Part shown: positions 36,691 through 45,121 of the stretch, one piece after another
Layout: the number at the start of each line of letters is the position of its first letter
Numbering within the stretch: position 1 is the stretch's first letter
DNA from: Candidatus Multivorans sp.
Lineage (GTDB): Bacteria > Acidobacteriota > Thermoanaerobaculia > Multivoradales > Multivoraceae
Length of the DNA stretch: 64,000 nucleotides
Assembly (NCBI GenBank): GCA_965219675.1
Contig: OZ244786.1
Span: 1,818,597-1,882,596 of the forward strand
Direction of reading: 5' to 3'
Made by a program: the position numbers and the translations under genes
The notes under the pieces: model-generated
What the model was told of the DNA's origin: nothing
What the model saw: only the letters and a program-made list of their open reading frames with translations
Databases searched by the model: none

Positions 36691-37206
36691 TCAGAGAGCG
36701 ACGTCGATCGTGGCTCCCGCCCACTCCAGGGTGATCAGGTCGCCGAACCTGTCAAAGGCCTCCTGCGTACCGAACCCGAAGGTGCCGCTGCCATTGGCCA
36801 CGGCCGTGAACCGGACGACGGCGACCGACCCGTTGCCGCTCAGACCAGCCACGGCGCCCAGGTGGGAGGCGCCCCCGAGAAGGCGACCCGGACCGGCCTC
36901 GCGAATCTCGAAGCTGGGGAACACGCCGGCGCCGGCCTCCTCGTAGCGCAACAGGTTGGCGGGAAACAGGAGTTCGAAGCTCAGGCCGTAGAGACCCTCC
37001 ACGCCAGTTGCAACGATCTCCACCTCGAGCGAGGCTCCCGACGCCGCGCCACGTAGCCCGATCGAGGTGTCCCCGGCCTGCTCCGCGAAGAAGCTGACGC
37101 CCCGGGGCACCGGGGAGACCGGTGCGGTGGGGCTTCCTCCTCCACCGTCGCAGGCGAACAGGCCCAGCGCCAACACGAGTGCCGCCCGCTGTACCGCCAA
37201 ACGCAT
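36691..37206 (-). CDS. hypothetical lipoprotein
   Basis: MRLAVQRAALVLALGLFAC with lipobox LFAC, Gly/Ala-rich, no recognisable catalytic motif. Confidence 0.5.
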   Translation of the reverse strand: MRLAVQRAALVLALGLFACDGGGGSPTAPVSPVPRGVSFFAEQAGDTSIGLRGAASGASLEVEIVATGVEGLYGLSFELLFPANLLRYEEAGAGVFPSFEIREAGPGRLLGGASHLGAVAGLSGNGSVAVVRFTAVANGSGTFGFGTQEAFDRFGDLITLEWAGATIDVAL

Positions 37207-37246
37207 TGGCTCCCTCCCGGCCCGAAGTCCCGGCCTGCCGGCCGGC

Positions 37247-37777
37247 TCAGCACCCACCGCTGGCGATCGCCGGTTCGTCAACGCGCAGCCGGCGAAGAAA
37301 ACTCCTCGCCCGCTGTCTTCGCAGCCCGCGCAGCCGATCGACGAAGAGCACGCCGTCCAGGTGATCCAGCTCGTGCTGGATAGCTCGCGCCTCGAGGTCC
37401 CCGGCCTCCATCTCGAACGGAGAACCCTCCAGGTCGGTGGCCGCGATACGAACCCTGGCCGGCCTCGTGACCTTCTCGGTGAAGTCGGGAATGGAGAGAC
37501 AACCCTCCGTGTCCGTGTCCACGCCCTCCGAGTCCACGACGCGCGGGTTCACCAGGACCCGGACCCCGTCGGGGTCCACGCCGGCCGTCGCGTCAACCAC
37601 CGCGACCCGTAGCTCGACACCGACCTGGGGGGCGGCCAGGCCGACTCCGGGAGCCTCATGCATCGTCTCGATCATGTCCGCGACCAGGCGTTCCAGATCG
37701 GGGCCGAACTCCTCCACGAGCGCGCACTGCACCCGCAGTACGGGGTCCGGGTAGATCCGGATCGGAAGAACGGACAT
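37247..37777 (-). CDS. def: peptide deformylase
   Basis: MSVLPIRIYPDPVLR, GVGLAAPQVGV, EGCLSIP, HELDHLDG: the three PDF motifs. Start taken at the ATG at 37777. Confidence 0.9.
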   Translation of the reverse strand: MSVLPIRIYPDPVLRVQCALVEEFGPDLERLVADMIETMHEAPGVGLAAPQVGVELRVAVVDATAGVDPDGVRVLVNPRVVDSEGVDTDTEGCLSIPDFTEKVTRPARVRIAATDLEGSPFEMEAGDLEARAIQHELDHLDGVLFVDRLRGLRRQRARSFLRRLRVDEPAIASGGC

Positions 37778-37953
37778 GTCATTCCCACGCGGCGGAGAGC
37801 CTGTTCCGATCATACGGGAAGGCCAGGGCCGGACTTCCAAGCCGTCACCAGGAGTAGACACCTGTGTGACGTTCGCGCGACGGTCCATTCCCGGCGGCCG
37901 CCCGCCGGTCATTCGGAAGTCCCGTCCGCCCTCCCGGCAAGGCGGTCTGCGCC

Positions 37954-37968
37954 TGGCACGCGGATTGC
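37954..37968 (+). promoter_or_regulatory. candidate sigma-54 (-24/-12) promoter: TGGCACG-CGGA-TTGCT
   Basis: Exact match to the YTGGCACG-N4-TTGCW consensus. GG and GC are 10 nt apart. It lies about 105 nt upstream of the ATG at 38072, in the 294-bp def/38072 divergent intergenic region. rpoN is encoded in this window. Confidence 0.55.
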
Positions 37969-38071
37969 TTCCTTACCGCGTAGCACGACACGCGCAACGA
38001 TGTCGGGCTGGACCCGGCAACCGACTCCCCGGTGGTAGCGTGCAGACTCCGACTCCACCTAAGGACACAAG

Positions 38072-40432
38072 ATGAGATCCGCCCTCCCGCAAGCCCTCCT
38101 CCTCGTCCTGGTGGCCAGCGCCACGGCTCCAACGCAGGCGCAGCAGCCGGCGCAGCAGGAACAGCAGCAAGTCGAAGGCGTGTACAGCTTCGTCGGCGCG
38201 ATCGACGGCGACGCGACCCTGTTCGCCGCGCGTTCGGGCGCGCAGAGTGAGCTGGAAGTCCACCTGCCGATCCTGCGTGGCGACCGGATCTGGACGCGCC
38301 CCTACGGCCGTCTGGCCGTGCTCATGTCCGATCGCTCGATCCTGGCGCTGGATCATGACAGCGAGGTCACTTTCGCTCAGATCGCCGGCTCACCGGATGC
38401 CGACGATGCGGACTCCCTCTTCGTCCTGCACCGAGGCCGGCTGAGCCTCGACGTCGCAGAGCATCTACTCGACTCGGAGCTGCCGGCCATCGACACGACG
38501 AACGCCAGGGTCTATGCCAAGCAGGAAGGCCGCTACCAGGTCGAGAGCGACGGCGACGCCTGGACCGAAGTCGCGGTCCTGGAAGGGTTCGCCGAGATCG
38601 TCACGCAGCGGGGTTCGGTGATCGTCCGTGGCGGCGAAGCGCTCCTGATCAACGGCCTCGACGACCCGTGGATCGAGCTGCAGAGCGGCACCGGCACCGC
38701 AGCCGCCGCGCTGGAACTATGGGCGGATGGGCACCGCGCCCGGCTCGCCGCCTACGCGGCGGTCGATTCCGGCGGGTACGGCTCCGCCCTGACCGGCCAT
38801 GGCCAGTGGGTCGAGATCGAAGACCGCCGGGCCTGGAGACCCGACGTGAAGGACGACTGGCAGCCCTACACTCGTGGCCGCTGGACCCACACGCCCGCCG
38901 GACTGTACTGGGTCGCCCGGGATCCCTGGGGCCCGCTGACCTACCACTACGGCAGTTGGAACCTGTACCCCGACTACGGCTGGCTCTGGTTCCCGAGCGC
39001 GATCTACTCACCCAGCCACGTGTACTGGTACTGGGGGCCCTCCTATGTCGGCTGGATTCCCCGGGGCTACTACCAGCGCTACTACGGAGGGCTGGGCTTC
39101 GGCCTTCGCTACGGACTGTACGGATGGGCCGGCGGCTTCTGGGATCCGTTCAACTCATGGATCTTCTGTCCGACCGGGTACCTCGGCTACGGCCGCGGCT
39201 ACACATACGGCCGGTCGCTGCGCCGCCGGCATCCGAAGCTCTCGCGCGGCATCATCACGACGGACACGAACGGAATCGACTATCGGAACTGGCGGAACCC
39301 GAACGCCGTGCAGCAGGTCCTTCTTTCGAAGCACCCTCGATTCTCCGAGAACGAACTCCCTGACGTCACCGACTTCATCGCCCGCCGGGCGGATCTGAAC
39401 GAGTCCCTGCGGACCAGGCTCACGCGCGACGACGCCGACCCGGGGATCGTCACGGTCACCGGCGGTCCCAGCCGATCAGGTCTGGTCGGCGTCACCGCCG
39501 GGGGCGTGAAGACGGGTCCCGGCGCCCGGGTTTCGGGCGCCGGAGGAAGTACCGCTTCGGGGGTCACGGTTCGTCGAACGGCCCCCGGCCAGCTGCAACG
39601 CGCGGACGGCGGCGCGGCCGGAACCACCCGGACGCGGGGGGCCGGTACGGTTCCCAGCGATCCGAGGGCACCCTCCGATGCCGAGACCCGGATCCGACCC
39701 GCCGAGACGCCTCAACCGGCGCGCGTAAGCAGCGGAGGCGTGAAGGCAAGCCCCGCTCCGACAGCGGCAGCCGAAGCGGACGAGCCAGGAAACGCCGGCG
39801 CGACGGCACCGAGCCGGATCGCGGCGCCACGATCCACCGGAGGAACGATCGATCGCAGCCGGAGGCCGACGCCCGGCCGCCGCGTGCTCGACGCGATTCG
39901 CGGCCGCGAGGCGACACCGGGCCAGCCCCGGACCGCGACGCCCAGCCCCAAGCGACCGGATCGCGTCAGTACACCCCGGACGGCAACACCCACACGCACC
40001 CGATCCGCACCTCCGCGGGCATCCAGGCCGTCCTCGCCACCCACTCGTACCCGGTCCACGCCGCCGCGAGCCTCGAGCCCGCGGTCCTCGCCACCCACTC
40101 GTACCCGGTCCACGCCGCCGCGAGCCTCGAGCCCGCGGTCCTCGCCACCCACCCGGACCCGGTCCACGCCGCCGCGAGCCTCGAGCCCGCGGTCCTCGCC
40201 ACCCACTCGTACCCGGTCCACGCCGCCGCGAGCCTCGAGTCCGCGGTCCACGCCACCGCGAACGCGGTCGACACCCCGGACGTCCTCGCCGCGGTCATCC
40301 TCGCCGCCATCGCGCAGCTACTCACCGCCGTCGTCCAGCTACTCCCCGCCCACAGCCTCGTCGCCTCCACCGGCGGCCTCACCCTCGTCACCGCCAAGCG
40401 GCGGGGGAAGAACGCCACCGCGGCTGAGCTGA
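38072..40432 (+). CDS. secreted protein with tentative FecR-like N-domain, Trp/Tyr-rich central segment and basic Pro/Ser/Thr/Arg-rich repetitive C-terminal tail
   Basis: Signal peptide MRSALPQALLLVLVASATAPTQAQQ. The central segment reads WTHTPAGLYWVARDPWGPLTYHYGSWNLYPDYGWLWFPSAIYSPSHVYWYWGPSYVGWIPRGYYQRYYGG. The C-terminal 250 aa are low complexity with about 4.5 copies of an 18-aa unit (PTRTRSTPPRASSPRSSP). Confidence 0.65.
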   Translation: MRSALPQALLLVLVASATAPTQAQQPAQQEQQQVEGVYSFVGAIDGDATLFAARSGAQSELEVHLPILRGDRIWTRPYGRLAVLMSDRSILALDHDSEVTFAQIAGSPDADDADSLFVLHRGRLSLDVAEHLLDSELPAIDTTNARVYAKQEGRYQVESDGDAWTEVAVLEGFAEIVTQRGSVIVRGGEALLINGLDDPWIELQSGTGTAAAALELWADGHRARLAAYAAVDSGGYGSALTGHGQWVEIEDRRAWRPDVKDDWQPYTRGRWTHTPAGLYWVARDPWGPLTYHYGSWNLYPDYGWLWFPSAIYSPSHVYWYWGPSYVGWIPRGYYQRYYGGLGFGLRYGLYGWAGGFWDPFNSWIFCPTGYLGYGRGYTYGRSLRRRHPKLSRGIITTDTNGIDYRNWRNPNAVQQVLLSKHPRFSENELPDVTDFIARRADLNESLRTRLTRDDADPGIVTVTGGPSRSGLVGVTAGGVKTGPGARVSGAGGSTASGVTVRRTAPGQLQRADGGAAGTTRTRGAGTVPSDPRAPSDAETRIRPAETPQPARVSSGGVKASPAPTAAAEADEPGNAGATAPSRIAAPRSTGGTIDRSRRPTPGRRVLDAIRGREATPGQPRTATPSPKRPDRVSTPRTATPTRTRSAPPRASRPSSPPTRTRSTPPRASSPRSSPPTRTRSTPPRASSPRSSPPTRTRSTPPRASSPRSSPPTRTRSTPPRASSPRSTPPRTRSTPRTSSPRSSSPPSRSYSPPSSSYSPPTASSPPPAASPSSPPSGGGRTPPRLS
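40030..40245. repeat. 4 x 54-bp in-frame tandem repeat (unit GTCCTCGCCACCCACTCGTACCCGGTCCACGCCGCCGCGAGCCTCGAGCCCGCG)
   Basis: Units at 40030, 40084, 40138 and 40192. Units 1 and 2 are identical; unit 3 differs at 3 nt and unit 4 at 1 nt. Degenerate partial copies flank the array (about 39990-40290). It encodes the SSPPTRTRSTPPRASSPR repeats. Confidence 0.9.
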
Positions 40433-40486
40433 ACACACGGTTGCTCCGGCCTTCGGGCAGGCGCAACCACACATCCTTCCGACGTC

Positions 40487-40515
40487 GAGACGCATGGGGA
40501 CCTAGAATGCGTCTC
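40487..40515 (+). terminator. inverted repeat GAGACGCAT-N11-ATGCGTCTC (possible intrinsic terminator or operator)
   Basis: Perfect 9-bp stem with an 11-nt loop, 55 nt downstream of the stop at 40432. No U-tract follows. Confidence 0.3.
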
Positions 40516-40537
40516 CCATGACGGCTTCTTCCTGACC

Positions 40538-40840
40538 ATGCGCTGGGGTGTCGCCTGGTCCAGTCTGCTCCGCGTCCTGTTCGTGATCTACTGCGTGGAG
40601 GCGGGCCTGTTCCTGGTCATCGCGCCCTGGCGGGACTTCTGGAACCTTTTGGTCAGCAGATCGGCACTCTCGGAGGCGCATCTGGGGGCCGTTCTCATGC
40701 TGCCGTGGGTTCGTGGCGCGGTGACCGGATTCGGGCTGATTCACCTCATCTGGGGTATCCACGACCTCGAACGCATCCTGCTCGGCAAGCGCGGGAGCAA
40801 TGGGAAGGCGTCGATCCCGGAGCCGGACCGAGCAGGATGA
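40538..40840 (+). CDS. hypothetical small membrane protein
   Basis: 100 aa with two predicted TM helices (LLRVLFVIYCVEAGLFLVIAPW; LGAVLMLPWVRGAVTGFGLIHLIWGI). Its stop overlaps the thiE ATG. No homology recognised. Confidence 0.4.
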   Translation: MRWGVAWSSLLRVLFVIYCVEAGLFLVIAPWRDFWNLLVSRSALSEAHLGAVLMLPWVRGAVTGFGLIHLIWGIHDLERILLGKRGSNGKASIPEPDRAG

Positions 40841-41466
40841 AGCCGACATTCCGGATCCCGAGTCTGATGGCAATCAGCGATCGCCGTCTGTGCGGCGGGA
40901 CCTCCGGTCTGCAGCGCTGGGCTCTCTCGCTGCCGGCAGGGGCGGCCGTTCAACTCCGGGAGAAGGACCTGGACGCCGGGACCCTTACCGAGATCGGTCG
41001 CAGGCTGCGAAAGGCGGTCACCGGCATCCTCATCGTAAACGGCTGTGCCGAAGTGGCTGTCGCCTGCGGAGCCGACGGCGTCCACCTGCGGTCCGATCAA
41101 CCGTGGGCCCAAGTCGCCCCGTTCGTCCGCAGGAAGGGTCTGCTTCTCGGTGTGTCGACTCACAGCCGGAGGGAGCTCGCGGCGGCGATCGATGCAGGTG
41201 TCGACTACGCACTTTTCGGCCCCGTCTTCGCCTCGCCCGAGAAGGTCCATTTCGGTGCGCCCCAGGGCCTCGAACGACTGCGACGGGCGTCGCGGAGAGG
41301 CCTCCCGATTCTCGCGGTCGGTGGCGTCGATGCCCGCAACGCGGCTCGCCTGGCCCAGGCCGGCGCACACGGTGTGGCCGCGATCCGGGCCTTTGCGGAA
41401 CCCGGCGCGGCAGCGGCTCTCGCACACGCCTGGGTGCGCGCGACTGGTACGATCCCAGCCCCGTGA
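40837..41466 (+). CDS. thiE: thiamine-phosphate synthase
   Basis: VQLREKDL motif, GADGVHL, LLGVSTHS, ALFGPVFAS...K; about 209 aa starting at the ATG at 40837. Confidence 0.85.
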   Translation: MKPTFRIPSLMAISDRRLCGGTSGLQRWALSLPAGAAVQLREKDLDAGTLTEIGRRLRKAVTGILIVNGCAEVAVACGADGVHLRSDQPWAQVAPFVRRKGLLLGVSTHSRRELAAAIDAGVDYALFGPVFASPEKVHFGAPQGLERLRRASRRGLPILAVGGVDARNAARLAQAGAHGVAAIRAFAEPGAAAALAHAWVRATGTIPAP

Positions 41467-41993
41467 AATCGAGATTCCTCGTCCTCTCCGCATGCGTGCT
41501 GGCGCTCGATCAGTGGAGCAAGCTGTGGATCGAAGCCAGCCTCGAAATCCACGGACGCCTGCCGGTCCTTCCGGGGTTCTTCGATCTGGTCCACGTCCGG
41601 AACACGGGCATCGCCTTCGGTCTGTTCCCGGCGGGCGGCGATCTGGGCGGCACTCTTCTGCTCACGGCCCTCGGCTTCGCGGCGCTCATCGTCGTTTCGC
41701 TCTACTTCCGCAGCACCTCCGAGGACGAGCCGCTTCTCCTCCTTTCCCTCGCCCTGGTACTCGGAGGGGCGGTAGGCAACCTGGTCGACCGCATTCTGTT
41801 GGGGGCCGTGACGGACTTCCTGGACGTCTATGTCGGCACCCACCACTGGCCCGCCTTCAACGTTGCGGATAGCGGCGTAACGGTCGGGATCGTCCTGATG
41901 CTGGCGCACAGCTTCAGGCCTCAGCTCTTTCGGCGGTCGAGCGCGTCCGGAGCGAGCGGCCATGGGTTGATCCAGGCCCGCACATCGAAGTGA
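41463..41993 (+). CDS. lspA: lipoprotein signal peptidase (signal peptidase II)
   Basis: LDQWSKLWI, VRNTGIAFGLF, FNVADSGVTVGIVLML are the LspA motifs. Its GTG start overlaps the thiE stop (GTGA). Confidence 0.9.
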   Translation: MKSRFLVLSACVLALDQWSKLWIEASLEIHGRLPVLPGFFDLVHVRNTGIAFGLFPAGGDLGGTLLLTALGFAALIVVSLYFRSTSEDEPLLLLSLALVLGGAVGNLVDRILLGAVTDFLDVYVGTHHWPAFNVADSGVTVGIVLMLAHSFRPQLFRRSSASGASGHGLIQARTSK

Positions 41994-43048
41994 ACTCGGT
42001 GCCATCCGTGCGCTCGATGGCTCGCACACGGAGTGGGGCGGGCGTGGCACGCGAGGGCGCCACGCGGGTTCGGGCGACGGCGGCCGCGACCGGCGAACGA
42101 ATCGACCGCTACCTGGCGCGCGTTCTCGATCTTTCCCGGAGCCAGGTTCAGAACCTGCTCCGCGATGGCCACGTGACCGTGAACGAAACGCCGCTCAAGG
42201 CCTCCTACCTGCTACGCGGCGAGGAGTCGATCGACGTCCGCATTCCACCACCCCGACCCACAGCTCTGACGCCCGAAGACGGACCACTTCGACTGCTGCA
42301 CGAGGACGCGCAGCTGCTGGTCGTCGACAAGCCGGCCGGGCTGATCGTTCATCCAGGTTCCGGCGTCCGGAGCGGCACCCTCGTGCACCGCCTGCTTCAC
42401 CGCTATCCCGAGATCGCAGGCGTCGGATCGGCTGAGCGCCCCGGAATCGTCCACCGCCTGGACATGGGCACCAGCGGTGCTCTCGCCATCGCCCGCACGA
42501 CCACGGCCTACCGAAGATTGAGTCGGGCCTTCGCCGAGCGGGAGGTGGGCAAGCTGTATCTCGCGGTGGTCTACGGCCGGCCGGACCTCGAAACCGCAAC
42601 GATCGAGTCCCCGATCGGCCGCCACCCCACCGTTCGTACCCGCATGGCCATTGTCCCGGAGTCGCGGGGGGGCCGGCCCGCGAGAACGCGCTTCCGCGTT
42701 CTTGCATCAGGACAGGGCGTCTCGCTCCTGTCCATCGAACTGCTCACCGGCAGAACTCACCAGATCCGCGTCCACTGCAAGGCGATCGGCCATCCCCTGG
42801 TTGGGGATCCCGCGTACGGCGAGCACCGCTGGCGTGGTCTGGCGCCCGCGCTGCGGCGACCTCTTCGGGAGTTTCCACGTCCCGCACTGCACGCCCGGAA
42901 GCTGACGCTTCCTTCTCTCCCCGGCACACCGCCGGCAAGCTACACGGCGCCCGTTCCACGCGATCTGAGGGAACTCTGCGTCGTCTGCGACCTGGCCTCG
43001 AGCCTGCCCGCCGACGAGGCCGCCGAACCTGCGGGACCGGGGCTTTAG
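41990..43048 (+). CDS. RluA-family 23S rRNA pseudouridine synthase (RluD-like)
   Basis: S4 domain RIDRYLARVLDLSRSQVQNLLRDGHVTVN; catalytic HRLDMGTSGALAIA; QIRVH. ATGA overlap with the lspA stop. Confidence 0.88.
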   Translation: MNSVPSVRSMARTRSGAGVAREGATRVRATAAATGERIDRYLARVLDLSRSQVQNLLRDGHVTVNETPLKASYLLRGEESIDVRIPPPRPTALTPEDGPLRLLHEDAQLLVVDKPAGLIVHPGSGVRSGTLVHRLLHRYPEIAGVGSAERPGIVHRLDMGTSGALAIARTTTAYRRLSRAFAEREVGKLYLAVVYGRPDLETATIESPIGRHPTVRTRMAIVPESRGGRPARTRFRVLASGQGVSLLSIELLTGRTHQIRVHCKAIGHPLVGDPAYGEHRWRGLAPALRRPLREFPRPALHARKLTLPSLPGTPPASYTAPVPRDLRELCVVCDLASSLPADEAAEPAGPGL

Positions 43049-43512
43049 GAACCGCCCGACTCGGCGACTCCGCTCCCGAACTCCCGGGCGGCCGGCGACC
43101 CGATGGCCAGGGTGCCGCTCATCTCTATTCGGCCGTTGCAGACTCCACCCTCGGCGATCGATACCAGCGGTGCGGCCAGATCCCCTTCGATCGATCCGGA
43201 AGGCGCCACTTCGATCTTCTCCGTTGCCCGAACGTTTCCCTTCACCTTGCCGGAAATCTGAACAGACTGCGCGTTCACGTCGCCCTGGATCCGGCCCCGG
43301 CGACCGAGAACGAACCGCCCCTTGAGCTCGACGCATCCATCCAGCGAGCCATCGACCAGAACCTCCGTCTCGCCGGAGATGCTGCCCTCGATGTGAGAGC
43401 CCGCCGCAACGTACGTACGAGCAGGTGCGGCCGAAGTCGACCTCACGGCTCCGGGGGGCGTCAGTGCCGCCTGTGCCGCCGACTCGTCGGAATCCTTCTT
43501 GAACAACGCCAT
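43045..43512 (-). CDS. bactofilin family cytoskeletal protein
   Basis: MALFKKDSDESAAQA..., beta-helical repeats (IEGSISGETEVLVDGSLDGCVELKGRFVLGRRGRIQGDVNAQSVQISGKVKGNV). Start taken at the ATG at 43512; the longer ORF-track call to 43686 runs over the tRNA-Gly gene. Confidence 0.85.
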   Translation of the reverse strand: MALFKKDSDESAAQAALTPPGAVRSTSAAPARTYVAAGSHIEGSISGETEVLVDGSLDGCVELKGRFVLGRRGRIQGDVNAQSVQISGKVKGNVRATEKIEVAPSGSIEGDLAAPLVSIAEGGVCNGRIEMSGTLAIGSPAAREFGSGVAESGGS

Positions 43513-43568
43513 CTGTATCGTCTCCCGGTACGCGACGCAGCAGGACAGGAGCCACCTGGTCTTACGGC

Positions 43569-43644
43569 TGGAGCGGGCAACGGGACTCGAACCCGCGACA
43601 TCCAGCTTGGGAAGCTGGCACTCTACCAACTGAGTTATGCCCGC
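43569..43644 (-). tRNA. tRNA-Gly (anticodon CCC)
   Basis: Reverse complement GCGGGCATAACTCAGTTGGTAGAGTGCCAGCTTCCCAAGCTGGATGTCGCGGGTTCGAGTCCCGTTGCCCGCTCCA; 76 nt. Confidence 0.9.
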
Positions 43645-43780
43645 CAGGAGCTGCGCGGACCGCCAAGGTAACCCAGCGACTCGCAAGCGGTCAAGCTCCG
43701 GCCAAGGGCTTCCGCGCGGACTTGGTGACCGAGCCGCGCTATGATGCTTCGCCGCGCCTTCCGCGCCCCGGTCCGCTCCC

Positions 43781-44056
43781 TTGATGGCTACAAGCTCCTC
43801 GCCCCAGAACCAGCCCCTCTACTTCTTCCCGGAGCGGCGTGTAACCACCGAGGAGCTCGATGTGATGCTCCACGGCGGCAGCCGGGAGGAGCGGTGCCAT
43901 GCCGTCTCCTGCATGCTCCGCTACGCCCAGTGGGAGGACATCTGGGACTACGTTTCGCGGGACGAGGTCCGTGATCTGTTCGACGACCTCGACCTCCCCG
44001 ACGGCCTGCGCGCCGCCTGGGCGCGGATGCTGAAGATCGAGACCGTCGCCACCTGA
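43781..44056 (+). CDS. hypothetical small protein (91 aa)
   Basis: Non-low-complexity, acidic C-terminal half (WEDIWDYVSRDEVRDLFDDLDLPDGLRAAWARML). No family recognised. Confidence 0.4.
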   Translation: MMATSSSPQNQPLYFFPERRVTTEELDVMLHGGSREERCHAVSCMLRYAQWEDIWDYVSRDEVRDLFDDLDLPDGLRAAWARMLKIETVAT

Positions 44057-44071
44057 AGCGCTCTGGCGCCG

Positions 44072-45076
44072 CTAGCGACGGTCGCCCATCACGAGGCCGC
44101 CCAGACCTCCGAGCACCGAGCCCTCGCCCTTGCTCTTGCCGCCGCCCTGGGCAGCGGCCGCGAACACGCGGCTTGCCAGGCGGCTGAACGGGAGAGACTG
44201 GATCCAGACCTTGCCGGGTCCGGTCAGGCTGGCGAAGAACAGTCCCTCGCCCCCGAACAGCGCCGTCTTCACTCCACTGACCATCTGGATGTCGTAGTCG
44301 ACCTGATGCTCGAACGCCACCAGGCAGCCGGTATCGAGCCTCAGCGTCTCGCCGGCCGCCAGATCCCGTTCAACGACCGTCCCGCCCGCGTGAACGAACG
44401 CCAGCCCGTCTCCCTCCAGCTTCTGCAGGATGAAGCCCTCGCCGCCGAACAGCCCGGCGCCCAGCTTGCGCTGGAACGCGATGCCGACCGACACGCCCTT
44501 GGCGGCGCAGAGGAAGGCGTCCTTCTGGCACAGGATCCTGTTGTTGTAGGAGGGAAGATCGAGCGGAATGATCCGACCCGGATAGGGAGACGCGAAGGCC
44601 ACGTTCCGGCGACCGCCGGCCCCGTTTCCGAACACCGTCATGAAGAGGGACTCGCCGGTCAGGACCCGCTTGCCGGCGGACAGCAGCTTGTCCATGAAGC
44701 CGCCCCCGCCGCGCTCGGAACCGTCACCGAAGATCGTGTTCATCTCGACGCCGGGATCCATGTACATGAACGAGCCGGCCTCCGCGACGCACGCTTCGCC
44801 GGGATCGAGGGTGATCTCGACGAACTGCATCTCCTCGCCGACGATGACGTAGTCGATCTCATCCGAGACGCTTCCGGGCGGTCGCGGGATCGAACTCCCG
44901 AAGGCGGACGCGAACTGCGGTTCGCTGACCACCGGAGCCCAGTTGCCCAGGCCCTCCCGATAGACGTGCGCGCTTCGAGAAACGGCGCCGGCGCGGATCT
45001 TCTCCACGATCTCATCGGCGAGAAAGGGTCCTTCCTGCTTGCCGGAGGTGGCCAGATACCAGATGCGATCGCTCAT
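44072..45076 (-). CDS. TIGR00266/AIM24 (DUF124) family protein with N-terminal GYF-like DUF4339 domain
   Basis: N-terminus [46 protein letters not shown] (DUF4339); C-terminal body with [30 protein letters not shown]...[23 protein letters not shown]. Confidence 0.7.
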   Translation of the reverse strand: MSDRIWYLATSGKQEGPFLADEIVEKIRAGAVSRSAHVYREGLGNWAPVVSEPQFASAFGSSIPRPPGSVSDEIDYVIVGEEMQFVEITLDPGEACVAEAGSFMYMDPGVEMNTIFGDGSERGGGGFMDKLLSAGKRVLTGESLFMTVFGNGAGGRRNVAFASPYPGRIIPLDLPSYNNRILCQKDAFLCAAKGVSVGIAFQRKLGAGLFGGEGFILQKLEGDGLAFVHAGGTVVERDLAAGETLRLDTGCLVAFEHQVDYDIQMVSGVKTALFGGEGLFFASLTGPGKVWIQSLPFSRLASRVFAAAAQGGGKSKGEGSVLGGLGGLVMGDRR

Positions 45077-45121
45077 CGTCTCAACTCCGTGGCCGGCGGT
45101 TCCCGCAACGGGCACGACCGC

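Noticed and set aside
40030-40245. A CRISPR array, suggested by four regular direct repeats.
   Set aside because: The repeats are contiguous 54-bp units with no unique spacers, lie in-frame inside a coding sequence, and there are no cas genes. This is a coding tandem repeat.
40433-40836. A TPP riboswitch upstream of thiE.
   Set aside because: No CUGAGA/ACCCU TPP-aptamer elements were seen. The region is occupied by a hairpin and a small membrane-protein ORF, and thiE overlaps that ORF's stop.
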